Source: Lingula anatina (taxonomy: Eukaryota; Animalia; Brachiopoda). Taken from it: DNA of 64,000 bases. The stretch covers positions 19,658,848 through 19,722,847 of the forward strand of contig CM120643.1 of NCBI GenBank assembly GCA_051362555.1. The letters are read 5' to 3'. Below are positions 1 through 13,000 of this stretch, piece by piece. Position numbers and translations under genes: made by a program. The number at the start of each line of letters is the position of its first letter. The stretch's first letter is position 1. The notes beneath the pieces were generated by a model. It saw nothing but the letters and a program-made list of their open reading frames with translations. It was not told the origin of the DNA and did not search any database.

Positions 1-555
1 GAACTTGAATATGAAGTCATTAGAGGCAATTTACTGTGACCTTTGACCTTCTTTTAACCATGAACTTAACTTTGCAAATTTTGGTTCCCTTTTATTTCCA
101 AAACTGATAAGATACGCCCATAGTTACTATTGAATTTGAATATGAAGTCATATACTGGCAAACTAAGTGTGACCTTGAAATTTTTTTTGACCTACTTTTT
201 ATCATGAATTGAAGATTACAAATTGTGGTTCCCTTTTATCTCCAAAACTGGCAGAGATAGGTCCATAGTTGCTATTGAACTTGAATAGGAAGTCATATAC
301 TGGAAATTTGCTGTGTTTTGAAATTGACCTTTGACCTACCTTACTATGAACTGAACTTTGATTGTACCATTTTTAGTTATATATTTTTTTTGCATATTTT
401 GAGAATTCTTGTTGATTGCATTTTTTACAGCTTGTCAAGCACAAGACTGGTGGTGGTGTCCCTTTTTTGTGTGTGTGGGGGTCTATACGATCGCGCTTAC
501 CCCAGCTGGTGGTACAATATTCGGAGGCGGTATCGCCTCTCTGATCCTCTAGTTT
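1..555. mobile_element. 3' part of a Helentron/HINE-like element with ~120-bp tandem units
   Basis: Three copies of gaacttgaatatgaagtcat...tgacctt; ends in a short hairpin and ctagt. Confidence 0.5.
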
Positions 556-1096
556 TGTGTTTATTTGGTTTTCTGGCTTTATTGGCACCCAAACCCCTGG
601 CCTTAGCACATTGAGTCATTTCTTCCTACTTTTTTCTTATAATTTCAAACCATGCAACTCTGATATAGGAAAAGGGGTATGCAAATTAGTACAATCTTTG
701 AAATACAAAATGCCAAAGAATGTAATGATTATTTTACTATCTAGATTGAACATTGTTGGTATTTAAGTGTGGCAAGAAGGAGTGATTATTACTCCAGGTG
801 AATCCCCAAAATATATGCATGGTGCTTCAGAAGTATATATCTGTTGTATGCTATTTATATAGTGTACAGTTGCTTTGTTTTTTTAATGGGGTGTAATATA
901 GACATTTTATTAGTATCACAAAGGGTGTGTTCAAATCAGTTCTAAGTTAAAACCACTTTGACTCTACATGCATCATTGAATGACAAGAGTAATACAGAGT
1001 GACTAATGGTTTTCACATAGAATCCAAGTGAACAGGCCTTTGAGTATGAAAGGAACTGGGACTATTGTTGCATGGCCTGTTGTCAGAGGTATGCCT

Positions 1097-1520
1097 TGGG
1101 GGTTGTTTAAAATGAGTTAGCACACACAAACTCTGCAGGGATTTACAGACTAACAGACCTTTTCTTGTTTCCAATGCACTCATACAATCACTATCTTCTC
1201 TATATTCTACCTGGGAGGAGGAGGTGTGTAAGTCTGTTAATTACACCCCATTCTCATAGATTAGATCGACCTACATTGGATCGACCTAACTCCCTGGGGG
1301 TTCACGCTAAATAGCTGTCAGCCGGGCGGACACGAAAGTTAATTACCCCTTATAGCTTGTAGTAGGCGGGGACGGACACTTAAGGCGGATTATCTGACAG
1401 TAATCTAGTGAGACTCCCCGCGGTGATAGATCGATCTAAAAGTTGTGAGAACAGAGCCTTTGATCGCATTCGGCAAGTTTTCCTATAGAGTTAGTGTGCA
1501 CTGATTTTTTAACAACCCAT
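1097..1520. mobile_element. MITE (TIR ggggttgttt.aaa) with a second MITE nested at ~1243-1460
   Basis: Inverted ends at 1097 and ~1518; the inner sequence is homologous to 59267-59488. Confidence 0.55.
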
Positions 1521-1768
1521 TGTCTATGAATCATGCAGATCTTTTTTTGTGTTTGTTTGGGGAAGGGAGATATTTGGAGTCGTGCATCATCTTAACCCTC
1601 AATTTTGGCTGGCCTGTGTGTCAAAGCCAAAGCTTTGTACTAATAGCATGTGTTTTATTGCAGCTGATGACAAGGAAGAGAATTCTCTTATGGTTTTAGA
1701 CATTGAAGTGTGTGGCGAGATGACAGAAATAGGGACATTATTTTAGTTTAAGGCACAGTTAAACTGGG

Positions 1769-1799
<31 letters not shown>

Positions 1800-4700
1800 T
1801 TCATTATCTTCCTTTAATTTTGGTTATGGAAAATATTTCAATCTATGGCACTCATGTGCTCTTACTTGGGTACATTGATTAAATCTCATAGAAAGTAGTT
1901 AATGTATTAGTTTGAATAGATTAGACTGCATTGGATGAACATATATTTAAATTACTAAAAAAATTGCTATGCTCTATTATACATAGGCCAAGTTTGTTTT
2001 AGGAATATATCTCGGTATTACCTTTATTTCAACTAAAGTGTATTAGATACCTATTTCTTGACTCTTTACCTATCAGTTCACAGTTTCTTTTTATGTACAG
2101 ACACAGATGTGTCTGTACATATAGCCATCATCTGCGTCTGTCGTCGCCGTCGCCGTCGTCGCTGTCGTCACCGTCGTCGCCGTCGTCGCCGTCGCCGTGC
2201 ACTTTTACCGATAACACGATAAGTGGAAAACCATTTTGCCTTTTGATTTGAAACTTGCAGTACTGATGAATATTCATAATACGCAGGTCGAGTTCGAAAA
2301 TCAGCATGATCGGGTCATTTTTAGTGAATTTAGGCTATTTTTTATTCTCTTTTTTCAGCATATATGCAGCACCGATAACACCATAAATGGAAAACCATTT
2401 GACCTTTTGGCTTGAAACCTACAGAACTGATGAATATTCATAATACGCAGGTCAAGTTCGAAAATCAGCATGATCGGGTCACTCTTAGGGAATTTATGCT
2501 GTTTTTTCACTTTTTTCAACATATATGCAGCACCGATAACACGATAAGTGGAAAACCATTTTACCTTTTGGCTTGAAACTTACAGAACTGATGAATATAC
2601 ATAATACGCAGGTCAAGTTCGAAAATCAGCGTGATTGGGTCATTTTTAGTGAATTTAGGCTATTTTTTATTCTCTTTTTTCAGCATATATGCAGCACCGA
2701 TAACACGATAAGTGGAAAACCATTGTACCTTTTGGCTTGAAACTTACAGTACTGATGAATATTCATAATACGCAGGTCGAGTTCGAAAATCAGCATGATC
2801 GGGTCATTTTTAGTGAATTTAGGCTATTTTTTATTCTCTTTTTTCAGCATATATGCAGCACCGATAACACCATAAATGGAAAACCATTTGACCTTTTGGC
2901 TTGAAACCTACAGAACTGATGAATATTCATAATACGCAGGTCAAGTTCGAAAATCAGCATGATCGGGTCACTCTTAGGGAATTTATGCTGTTTTTTCACT
3001 TTTTTCAACATATATGCAGCACCGATAACACGATAAGTGGAAAACCATTTTACCTTTTGGCTTGAAACTTACAGAACTGATGAATATACATAATACGCAG
3101 GTCAAGTTCGAAAATCAGCGTGATTGGGTCATTTTTAGTGAATTTAGGCTATTTTTTATTCTCTTTTTTCAGCATATATGCAGCACCGATAACACCATAA
3201 ATGGAAAACCATTTGACCTTTTGGCTTGAAACCTACAGAACTGATGAATATTCATAATACGCAGGTCAAGTTCGAAAATCAGCATGATTGGGTCATTTTT
3301 AGTGAATTTAGGCTATTTTTTCACTTTTTTTCAGCATTTTTGCAACACTGATAACACAATAAATGAAGAGCTGTTTTACCCTTTGGCTTGAAACTTACAG
3401 AACTGATAAATATTCATAATACGCAGGTCAAATTCGAAAATCAGCACGATCGGGTCACTTATAGGGAATTTATGCTGTTTTTTTTTCACTTTTTTCAGTA
3501 TATATGCAACACTGATAACACAATATAAGAAAAACAGATTGGCCAATTGTCATTATACTCACAGGAGGGGCCAATCTTACTAAAACGCAGGTTGAGTTTG
3601 AAAATCAGCATAATCAGTCCATTATTTTAAAAGGTAATGCTGTTTTTTCACATTTCCTCACATTCAATTCTTAGGCATGTTAACAGTCTCATTATTGAAC
3701 TAATAAGATACGTAAATGTGTTTGTTTGGCATTTCCTGCATCTTTACAACATTGTTAGTTGATTTTGTAAAAATGATGGTAAACTTGTTATCATGTATTG
3801 TGTAATAAAGTGTCAAAAATGGAAATAAACTCATATCATTGCAGTTTGTCAGATGCATTCATCCACTATGTTCAGAATCTCAGAATGGAGGAAGTTGGGC
3901 ATTTAAAACTGTTCTATTGATACTTTTCCCATCTCATCAATTTTCTTCATTGGTCATATAAAAATGGCAGTAAACTGTTTATTTTGTTTTATGTTTAAAA
4001 AGTGTTAAAAATGGAAATAAACCCATTTCAGAACAGTGCTGTATTGTTTACATTTTGGCATTTTCAATATGTGACTTTGAAGTTCCATGGGCCTGAAGGC
4101 TTTTGCTAGTCACATTTTCTGAATAACCATGATACTAATATTTTATAATTAAAAATTGATGGTCATTATGCTGTAAAACATTATGTAATATTGCATGAAA
4201 ATTTGAAGAAACCCCTATTTTGGGCACTGCTCCCATGATGACCATTTAAGGAAAATCATGTCACTTACTGTTCTCAAACTTACAGGAAAGAAACATGGGA
4301 CTAAAATACAGCTCCAGTAGGCAATGCAGTCTGTTTGGTAAATTTTTCTGGCAATTAAACAGTTTTTTGTGAAAATTTAATTTTTCACTTATTGGCATTT
4401 TCAAGGTGTGACTTTGAAGTTCCATGATCCTGAAGACCTTTGCTTGTCACATTTCCTGAATATCCGTGATACTAATATTTTATAATTAAAAATTGATGGT
4501 CATTATGCTGTTAAACATTATGTAATGTTGCATCAAAATTTGAAGAAACCCCTATTTTGGGCACTGCTCCCATGATGACCATTTAACAAAAATCATGTCA
4601 ATTACTGTTCTCAAACTTACAGGAAAGAAACATGGGTCTAAAATACAGCTTCAGTTGGCAATGCAGTCTGTTTGGTAATTTTTTCTGGCAATTAAACAGT

Positions 4701-5806
4701 TTTTTGTGAAAATTTAATTTTTCACATATTGGCATTTCCAAGGTGCGACTTAGAACCTCCACGGGCTTGAAGACCCGTGCTAGTCACATTTTGTGAAAAT
4801 CCATGACACTTATATTTTATTATTAAAAATCGATGGTCATTATGCTGTTAAGCATTATGTAATGTTGGATCAAAATAGCAGAAAACACAATTTTTGGTGC
4901 TGCTGCCTTGATGACCATTATGGAAAAACCGTGTTACTTATGACTGTAAACTTTCAAAAAAGAAACACAGGACTAAAATGCAGCCTGAGTTAGAAAAGCA
5001 GTCTAATTGGCTTCTTTTTCTGGAAGTTATACATTTTAGTGTTATATTCATTATCTTTTTTGGCATATTCATTATGGGACTCGGAGCTCCCATGGACATG
5101 AAGCCAAATGGTAATCATATTTTCTACATGTCCATCCTATTTATAGTCAATAAACAAAAATTGGTGATAATTATTCTCTAATTTATTATGTAATGTTACA
5201 TCAAAATTGACAATCTTTTTGCACTGCTACTGCAAACATTATGAAAAGAAAACTGTGCTACTTATTATAATTTTAAACTTACAAGTACGATTTTTAGGAT
5301 TGGCCTTCAGCTCATGAGAAAACCAGCTCTATCGGATTATCATGTTTATTGTATTTATGCATTTTTTGTGAAATTTTCATTTTTCTCATTCTGGCACTTT
5401 TTAAGTATAAACTTGAACTCTGATGGGCCTGAAGCCTTATGCTTTTACTTTCGTCTGTGTTACCTGTTGTGCATAAGTTGATGTTGACTGTGCAGTTAAA
5501 CATAATGTATTATTGCATCAGGATTGGTAGTCTCCTATTTTGGGCATTATGGTTTTGTGCTTTTCTTAAGGTGTGACTTATGGGCCTGAAGACCTTTGAG
5601 TGGGTCAGTCTGTAAATTACCCTTGGGTATCACTAGATTAATTTCAGAGTTATAAAGTCATTTGCTTTAATAGGCCATTAAATGAGATTACGTAAAGCAT
5701 ACGTAAATTATGTAAACTCCCAAAGGTAAAGCTCTTTGCTAGATTAATAATAAGGAAGCAGTGATAATTATGCAGGTAAATTTTGTTTAATATTGCAAAT
5801 AAGTTT

Positions 5807-5807
<1 letters not shown>

Positions 5808-5866
<59 letters not shown>
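5808..5866. repeat. (TA)n microsatellite
   Basis: Direct read. Confidence 0.95.
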
Positions 5867-5869
<3 letters not shown>

Positions 5870-5914
5870 AACTGGAAGATTAAAAGTTTGAATAGCAGCT
5901 TCATTGGAATTATA

Positions 5915-6149
5915 TTTACCTCAAGCTCTGCCAAGGAGGTTATATTTTCACCCCTGTTTGTCTGTCATCCACATAACACAAAAAGTTATGGACTGATTTT
6001 GCAGAAATTTTCAGGAACTGTCGGAAGTGGGCCAAAGAGGACAATGATTAATTTTTGGTGGTGGTCCGGATCAATAATCAATCAATTATCAATATAATCA
6101 ACAATTGCTGCCTTGGCAGAGGTCTGCACTCTCAAAGTGCTTTTCTAGT
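5915..6149 (+). mobile_element. Short HINE/DINE-1-like element
   Basis: Subterminal IR ctc.gccaagg...ccttggc.gag, gtct microsatellite, 3' hairpin gcactctc.aagtgc plus ctagt; copies at 18502 and 62121. Confidence 0.75.
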
Positions 6150-6392
6150 TTTGTTGTTTTCCTTTATAATTTTTTCTCAAACACTTGCATTTGTGACTTT
6201 TAGCCCCAGGCAGGCTCTCATCTGCCTGGGGCTCTGCACATTTTCTGTATTTCTACATAAGCAGTTGTATTGTTTTTTATGTCTTTAAACATTATGTAAT
6301 ATTATTTTATGCACTGTCATCATTTTTCAAATATTGAGACTTTCATAATGTGAATTTGAACTCTCATGGTCCTGAAACTGTAATCTTATTGA

Positions 6393-6557
6393 AGGGGTGG
6401 ATTGAGACCATCTTCTGGGTCTTCCGGAAGACAGTCAGGTTATTAAGTTTATATTGACTGGTATCTATTTTTTCTGTTGGAAGACCATCAAAATGGAGGA
6501 TGGATCAACATAGATACTTTGTAATACTGTCAGAAAATATCTCTGGGTCCGCTCCTG
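6393..6557. mobile_element. ~165-bp MITE (CAGGGGCGGATC-type TIR)
   Basis: Homologous to 28208-28375 and 36879-37046; flanking ttattg duplication. Confidence 0.75.
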
Positions 6558-6939
6558 TTATTGACCATGTTACCTGTTGTGCAAGATTAAAATTCAGTGT
6601 TGACTGACAGTGCTATTATAAGCATTATTTATTATTGCATCAAAATTGACAAAATGACCTTTTTTGCATCTTTATTTTCTGTTTTTTGTCTGTACATTTG
6701 ACAGCTTTGCTGCCTTGTTTTTTTTTTAATCAAAATATGATCTGAATGCTTTACTGTCAAGAAAGAGAAGAGCTCTCTGTTATATTCTTCTGTCCACTTA
6801 GATAGAGTTTGGGGGATTTTTAATCACACCTTAAACCAGTGTGCAGTCAGGCATGCTTATTGAAAATTATTCTGCCTTATTTTTGAATTGGCAGCAAATA
6901 TCTTTCATTCCTAACAACATGGTTGGTAATCTGTTGCAG

Positions 6940-7076
6940 CAATTCGCTCTGGAGACTACTACATGTTTGAAGATGACTCGGACGAGGACACCATTTCCAC
7001 GGACATCCATCTTGGCAGGGATGAGGATGAAGATGAAGGGACGGAGGAGGAGGACAGGAAACCAGGACCAATGGAG
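6940..7076 (+). CDS. PIEZO: Piezo exon (IRSGDYYMFEDDSDED, beam/latch region)
   Basis: ttgcag acceptor, gtaatt donor; resembles the Piezo2 VRSGDYYLFETDSEEE motif. Confidence 0.9.
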
Positions 7077-10000
7077 GTAATTGACAGGAAATATTTTGTG
7101 AAAATATATAGGTCGAAAAATAGGGGGGGAAAGGCTGAAGAGGGCTTGAAAATTTTTTAAATTACCAAAGGTAATGATATTGAGGAGGAAAGGGTGAAGG
7201 AACAGAACATTTTATCAAAATGAAAATATTTCTAATTTTATGAATGATTTAATCAATCATATTTATAATATTACACGTTTTAACAAACAATTTTATTAAT
7301 CTTATATTATCTAATAGTAAATTTAACAATTTGTTATTTTACAATCCAACTATTTGGTAAAACATAATTTGAAAACATTATTGTATAATCTGTTTACTTA
7401 CAGATTTAACGTTATTATTATTATTATTATTATTGTGTATCTCAGTTGCTGACCACAGCACTGGAGCAGGGTACAGGGGCGGCCCTGGACAAGGCACAGG
7501 TGCCCACAGAAGGGGAACACACAGGAGAGGAACAGGTAGGACGATGTCAGTTGTGGTGATGATGCCATCTCTTCAGTGCACATAATTTTGGAGCCATTAA
7601 AAGTTAATGATTTGGTAATGATTTGGATATTTTCAGAGGGGGAAATGATCAGTCTTTCAGATACATACATAGTTTTGGAACTATTTAAAATTATATTTCT
7701 ATATAGCATTTGTGGTCCTTTTGGGCTTTTACGATAGAGAGAACTATAAGATAGTGGCCTGCTTTTCAATTTTGCTGCAGCTATGCACTCAGTGGAAATG
7801 TTTTAATTTTAAGAATTTATGACTTAAAAAAGTAAAAATACCATCTGCGAAATTCACAATTTCCGCCATTGAAAAGATCAGTTTATTGCCAAAGGTGATA
7901 TATTTCATAGACATTTTTAGATTTTGTCAGATTGTTTAAAATAATTAAGGGATAATGCCTACTTACAGTATTTGACTTGATGAAAATGTAGCCACCTGTT
8001 CTTTGAATAAATCATTCTCTGGCTTACAGGTGAAGTTTTTAGCTAAATTGAAAAGTAAGGCAGCCCATAAGGCCAAGGCAATGCAAAGTTTAATTGAAGA
8101 TTAAATGGATTTGAAAGTGAAAAGTGAATATTGATCCATAGCATGTGATAATGTCCAGCTCAGATCATACTTTGTACAAGTTGAAATTGTAAAAAAAAAA
8201 ATAGCACTGATGAATTTGACAAATGTCAATAAAATAGAAGTTGAGATATAAGACACTTAGACAGTGAAGAAGAACTCGGTTCTAAATTTAAAAAGAGACT
8301 TACCCCTGTGTATTCTCTACTCTAGCCCCCAGGTCAGTCAGGCACTGAGGATAGTGCCACAGGGCCCAGCACCACTCAGACTGGCGCCAGCGGTGCTGAT
8401 GGTGGCCGTGGTGGTGGTGGTGAGGATGGAGCAGAGGAGGAAGAGGAGGAAACAGAAGGTGTCTTTCATGATAAATGCATTAAATGCATTTAATTTCCAT
8501 TTAATTAATTGCAGTCTCCCAAATCTGAGGGATCTATTGGATCACTTAATACTTTACATAAGCCCATGTTCAAAGGGAGTTGGTGGAATTTAAAGAATGA
8601 CTCTTTTGGTTGGGGAAAATGTCAACTCTGAATAATAATTTAATCCAGGGTCTTTATGCCATTTAAAATAATAATAGCAGGATTCACACAGAAAAAAAGA
8701 TCCACCTATATAGACAAAGACTTCTACCCCCACCCCTTATTAAGTTGTTTGCTACAGGCGTGTTATTTATGTCATTGCTATTGATGTATTTCAGCAACAA
8801 AATGGCAGAAAGTGAAGAACTACTTGAAGTTGGGTGTTGCCTTCTTTGGAAGTCTTCTGGATTCCTTCATCAACCTGCTGAATGACATCTCACGGGACTA
8901 CAGACTGGTGGCACGCATTCTAGAGCGCGAAAAGGACCAGAAGAAGGAAGAAATAAAAGTAAGGAATGTATGTATGCCACTCTACTCTCCTAGATGTGCT
9001 TTCCTGTTTTCCAATTTTTTCATCAGAACAAAATATCTGCTTAACAGTTTTATTTGTGAACATGTTTGTTATGTGATAATTTAATAATTTTAGAGGAATA
9101 GTGAATATGGGTACAGTGGTTTTTGGAAGAACGAGATAAAAGAATGTTTGGTCTCATGTTCAAAAATTCAAAAAGGCAAAAATCAAAAATGACAGTTCTC
9201 AAACACAAGCCAGGTCTGGCTGCTATACCACTTACTGGTCAGTGAGTAACAACATCTACTCACATCAATCTGATGAAGGCCTACGTCCAGGTTGACTGTA
9301 AGCTAATGGTATGAAAGTTTTTCGGCTTGTGTTTGATAATTTTCATTTTTGATCCAACTTCCAAGCTTATTAACATTTTCGCTCATTTAGAAAGGCAAAT
9401 CTGGTAAGTGTATGTGAAAAAATGATAAAACCTTTAAAAACATATTGAAATGAATAAGGTGTTTGAAAATTATGCATGCTTGTGTAGTTAACATACTGAG
9501 GTTTAACATACATGTATATACGAAATATAATGTGTTTGTCGTTGATATTCTAGCATGGAGGAAGGGAGATGGAAGACTCAACCAGAGCTGATCAATCAGA
9601 TGAAGAAGCTGTCAGGAAACCTGCAGAGTAAGTATAGGAAACTAGAAAGACTAGTCGAATAATTCTTTAAATTCAAACGCAAGCTTTTTAACTCATTTCA
9701 TAAATTAAAATGTTAAGCTATTTTAGAATCAATATATTATTCAAGTAGCTGAAAAGAAGACGTTTGCAAGCACACCCCTAGGGGTGAAGATCATTTTTAT
9801 TGCTTTCCAAATGCGTACAATGTTTAGGAATTAACCCCACCCTCACCCCCGGTATGATTTGTGGGGTTTTGAAAATTTTGATATGAAAAAAGTATGATCT
9901 TTTAAGTTAATATGTACTTTGATGTTGATTTCAGAGTGAGAATTGAAGTGGAGCCGAGCAGTGCTAGAGACAACATGACATTGGTGCATTTAGAGACGTA

Positions 10001-13000
10001 AGAACACTCTCTATGGGGGAATGGTTTTTCAGTTTAAGTGAAATACGAAAAGGGAATATGCATTGAACTCATTTGCTATATTTATAAGTTGAGTTTTTAA
10101 AGCATACAGTCTTTATGACTCTTCTGGCCCCCTTGTTGTTGAACTACAAAGGGCGGTTGGTTTTGGTTTACCATTTTATGAAAGATATCTTCTTACTTGC
10201 ATGGTTCTTGAGGCTTTCCTTACTCATAAGTCCTGGGTCTATCTTTCAGGCTAGAGCAACAAGCCTTTGATGACCTAGAATACCTGGAACGCCACTCCAG
10301 AATTTACCGCCTTCTTAGCGCCCTCTATACGGCCATCATCTCGCGGACAGAGCTCCTGTGCTACTTCTTCATGATCCTGAACCAGATGCTGTCGGCCAGT
10401 CTGCTGTCCCTGCCGTACCCTTTTGCTGTGTTCATGTGGGGGATGCTGTCTGTGCCCAGGCCAGCCAAGGTGTTCTGGATCACCATCATTACCTACACAG
10501 AAGTAAGGATGCACACGCACGCACTCACTCACTCACTCACTCACTCACCTACTCACTCACTCACTCACTCTCTCTCTCTCTCTCTCTCTGACAATGTGTG
10601 CACAATAATGAGCATATAATAAGAGGAACAATCATGTTCATATGTACACACATACCTATATTTTAAAATGGCTAAGATATCACACATATACATTTCATTC
10701 ATATGGTGCACTGTGCACGCGCGCACACACATGCACACACACACATGTCGATGAAGACAAGTTACAATATTATTGTTGTACATGGTCCTTGCAATGGTAA
10801 CAGTCATACATACATCAATTTTTCTTGACACTGGTGGTCCACCATTAGATGTTATCTTCTCTGCATTAAGTTAAAAGATGAGTGTGCACTTCAAAGGGTT
10901 TTATGACAGCTATGAAATGATATATTTATGTGTCCCTCCAGGCGGTGGTGGTCCTCAAGTACCTGTTCCAGTTCGAGTTCTTCCCCTGGAACTCTGAGGT
11001 CTTGGTTCACAAGGATGACGTGTTTTGGCCGCCCAGGATCCTGGGAATTGAGAAGAAGGATAACTACGCCACCGTGGACCTGTTTTTACTGCTTATACTC
11101 TTCATACATAGATCTGTGCTGAAGGTAGGATTAGTGAAGATTGTTTGTGTGTGGAGAGAGGGAGAGAGAGAGGGGGGGATGAGATTGAGAAGAAGTCAGA
11201 AACATTCTTTGTAAAAAACTGTCATCAGTTAGAACTCTTCTTTCTTTGACACCTTACTTCCTATTCTATTATCCTTTGTTTCTGAAGCTGTTTTTTCCTT
11301 TCATCTATATTTTTCCTGGCTTTACTGTTGACCTTGTAGAGTTATGGGTTTTGGAGAACCAAGGAATCATTGGTAGAACAGTTCAATAAAGCACATAAGA
11401 TGCACCAAAAAAAATGTGTCACACGTTTTAAACATAGGAAGTCAAAAGTAGGTCTGTTTATAAGCACAGTTCAAAAATTTGTTTGTTTATTTATTTTTTG
11501 TTTTGTTTTTTCTGTTCGATGTTACTGCATTATTAATGCTTAATGTTTTCAAAGTTTGATTTCATGTGTTAAAACTTATCCAGTTATTTTATATATCCTT
11601 ATTTAAGTATTTCAGTCTAAAATTTTTAACAAAAATGATATATTTGAAATTGACTTTTTGTATTTTAAAGATTCATCAACAAGAAGTTGACTAATATTTT
11701 TCTTTGTGGCCATATTTCTTTAAATGTTTGCTTTGTTTGTTTAATTCATTGGCCTTAAATTATTGAATGTGCCTTTGCTTTTTTTTCTTTTTAATCATAA
11801 GAGTGAATGAAAGCTGATATACTGCTTAATTGCTGCAAGTGTTTTCATGCCATTGAATTTGAACATTTCCAGTTCATATTTGAAATTGAATGAAAGCTGA
11901 TATACTGCCTATTTGCTGCAAGTGTTTCCATGCCATTGAAATGGGAGAATTTGAAAATTTCCAGTTCATATTGGAGGGTGGGGTGGGGTGAGGTACTGTA
12001 AGCACTAGCTGGGGGTGGGGTAAGGGGGGTATGGACTGTGATCAGCTAATGTCTGTTAGGGTTATGGACTTTGATTTGTTAATTGCTTTTAGGGTTGTGG
12101 ACTGTGATTTGTTAGGGTTATGTATTGTGATCTGTTAATGTCTGTTAGGGTTATGGACTGTGATTTGTTTATTACTTTTAGGGTTATGGACTGTGGAAAG
12201 ATGAGCAGAGTCTTGAGGAAGATTTCCGCAAGGCTGAAGCCAGTGAGAGAAGCCACCCGGGCTCCCCTGAAGACGAGAATGTGGTAAGATTTGGACAACT
12301 TTTTTCTTATCTTAAATTTTTTCATGCAAGCTGCATGTATGAATGGCATAATTGACTAACCCTTTATTCAACATCAGATTCTGTTCTCTCTGCAGCTTTT
12401 TTTATTTAAAAATGACAGTTTTTCTACATTGCATTGTCACAACTGCAATATTGTATAAACAAACGAGCAGTAATATTTTTTTACTTTTCCAAGTGAGGTA
12501 AAAAGATAGTTTTGAGCTGAAAAGGAGATAGCATGCATTGAAAGAAGTTCAACCTTTAAAGAAGTGCAGCATGTTCAACTTTTAGTATGTTGTATGAGAA
12601 CCTTCACTTTTTTGCACTGCATTTTTTACAAATTAAAAATAGCTATGTCATTTTAAATGAAACATCAACATTGTTTTCAGACCCTGAGCACAGAAGCTGG
12701 TGCTGCTAGTGATGAGAAGGAAAGCAGCGGGGAGACTGCGGCTGAAGAGGATGAGCAAGGGGAGGAAGAGGGAGAGGAGGAGGAGGAGATGTTGGATGAA
12801 GAGGAGGAGGAAGAGACAAAGAAGAAGAAAAAGAAGAAAAGAAAGAGGAAGTATGGACAGATTATTACAGTTTTTTCTAATGTCATCTTTTTTCAATCCA
12901 ATTATCTTTCAAGGGATATAAAATTGGTATTGGGAAGTCATGTTAGCAGTTTTTTTTTTTTTTTTTTTTTTTTATACACTGTACTTACTTACCAATAAAT

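Larger units (their letters stand above)
2088..6720 (+). mobile_element. Large non-autonomous Helentron/HINE-like element carrying satellite arrays
   Basis: 5' tgtacagac...gtctgtaca hairpin plus (gtcgcc)n microsatellite; matching gtctgtaca at 6688 and 3' hairpin gacagc-ttt-gctgcc; internal ~162-bp array (2200-3640) and ~336-bp array (4050-5600). Confidence 0.7.

Noticed and set aside
1664-1710. Possible extra Piezo micro-exon after ttgcag (ADDKEENSLM...)
   Set aside because: No GT donor gives the phase-1 end needed to join exon 6940.
2200-3640. CRISPR-like periodic array
   Set aside because: Whole units repeat with no unique spacers; eukaryotic transposon-borne satellite.
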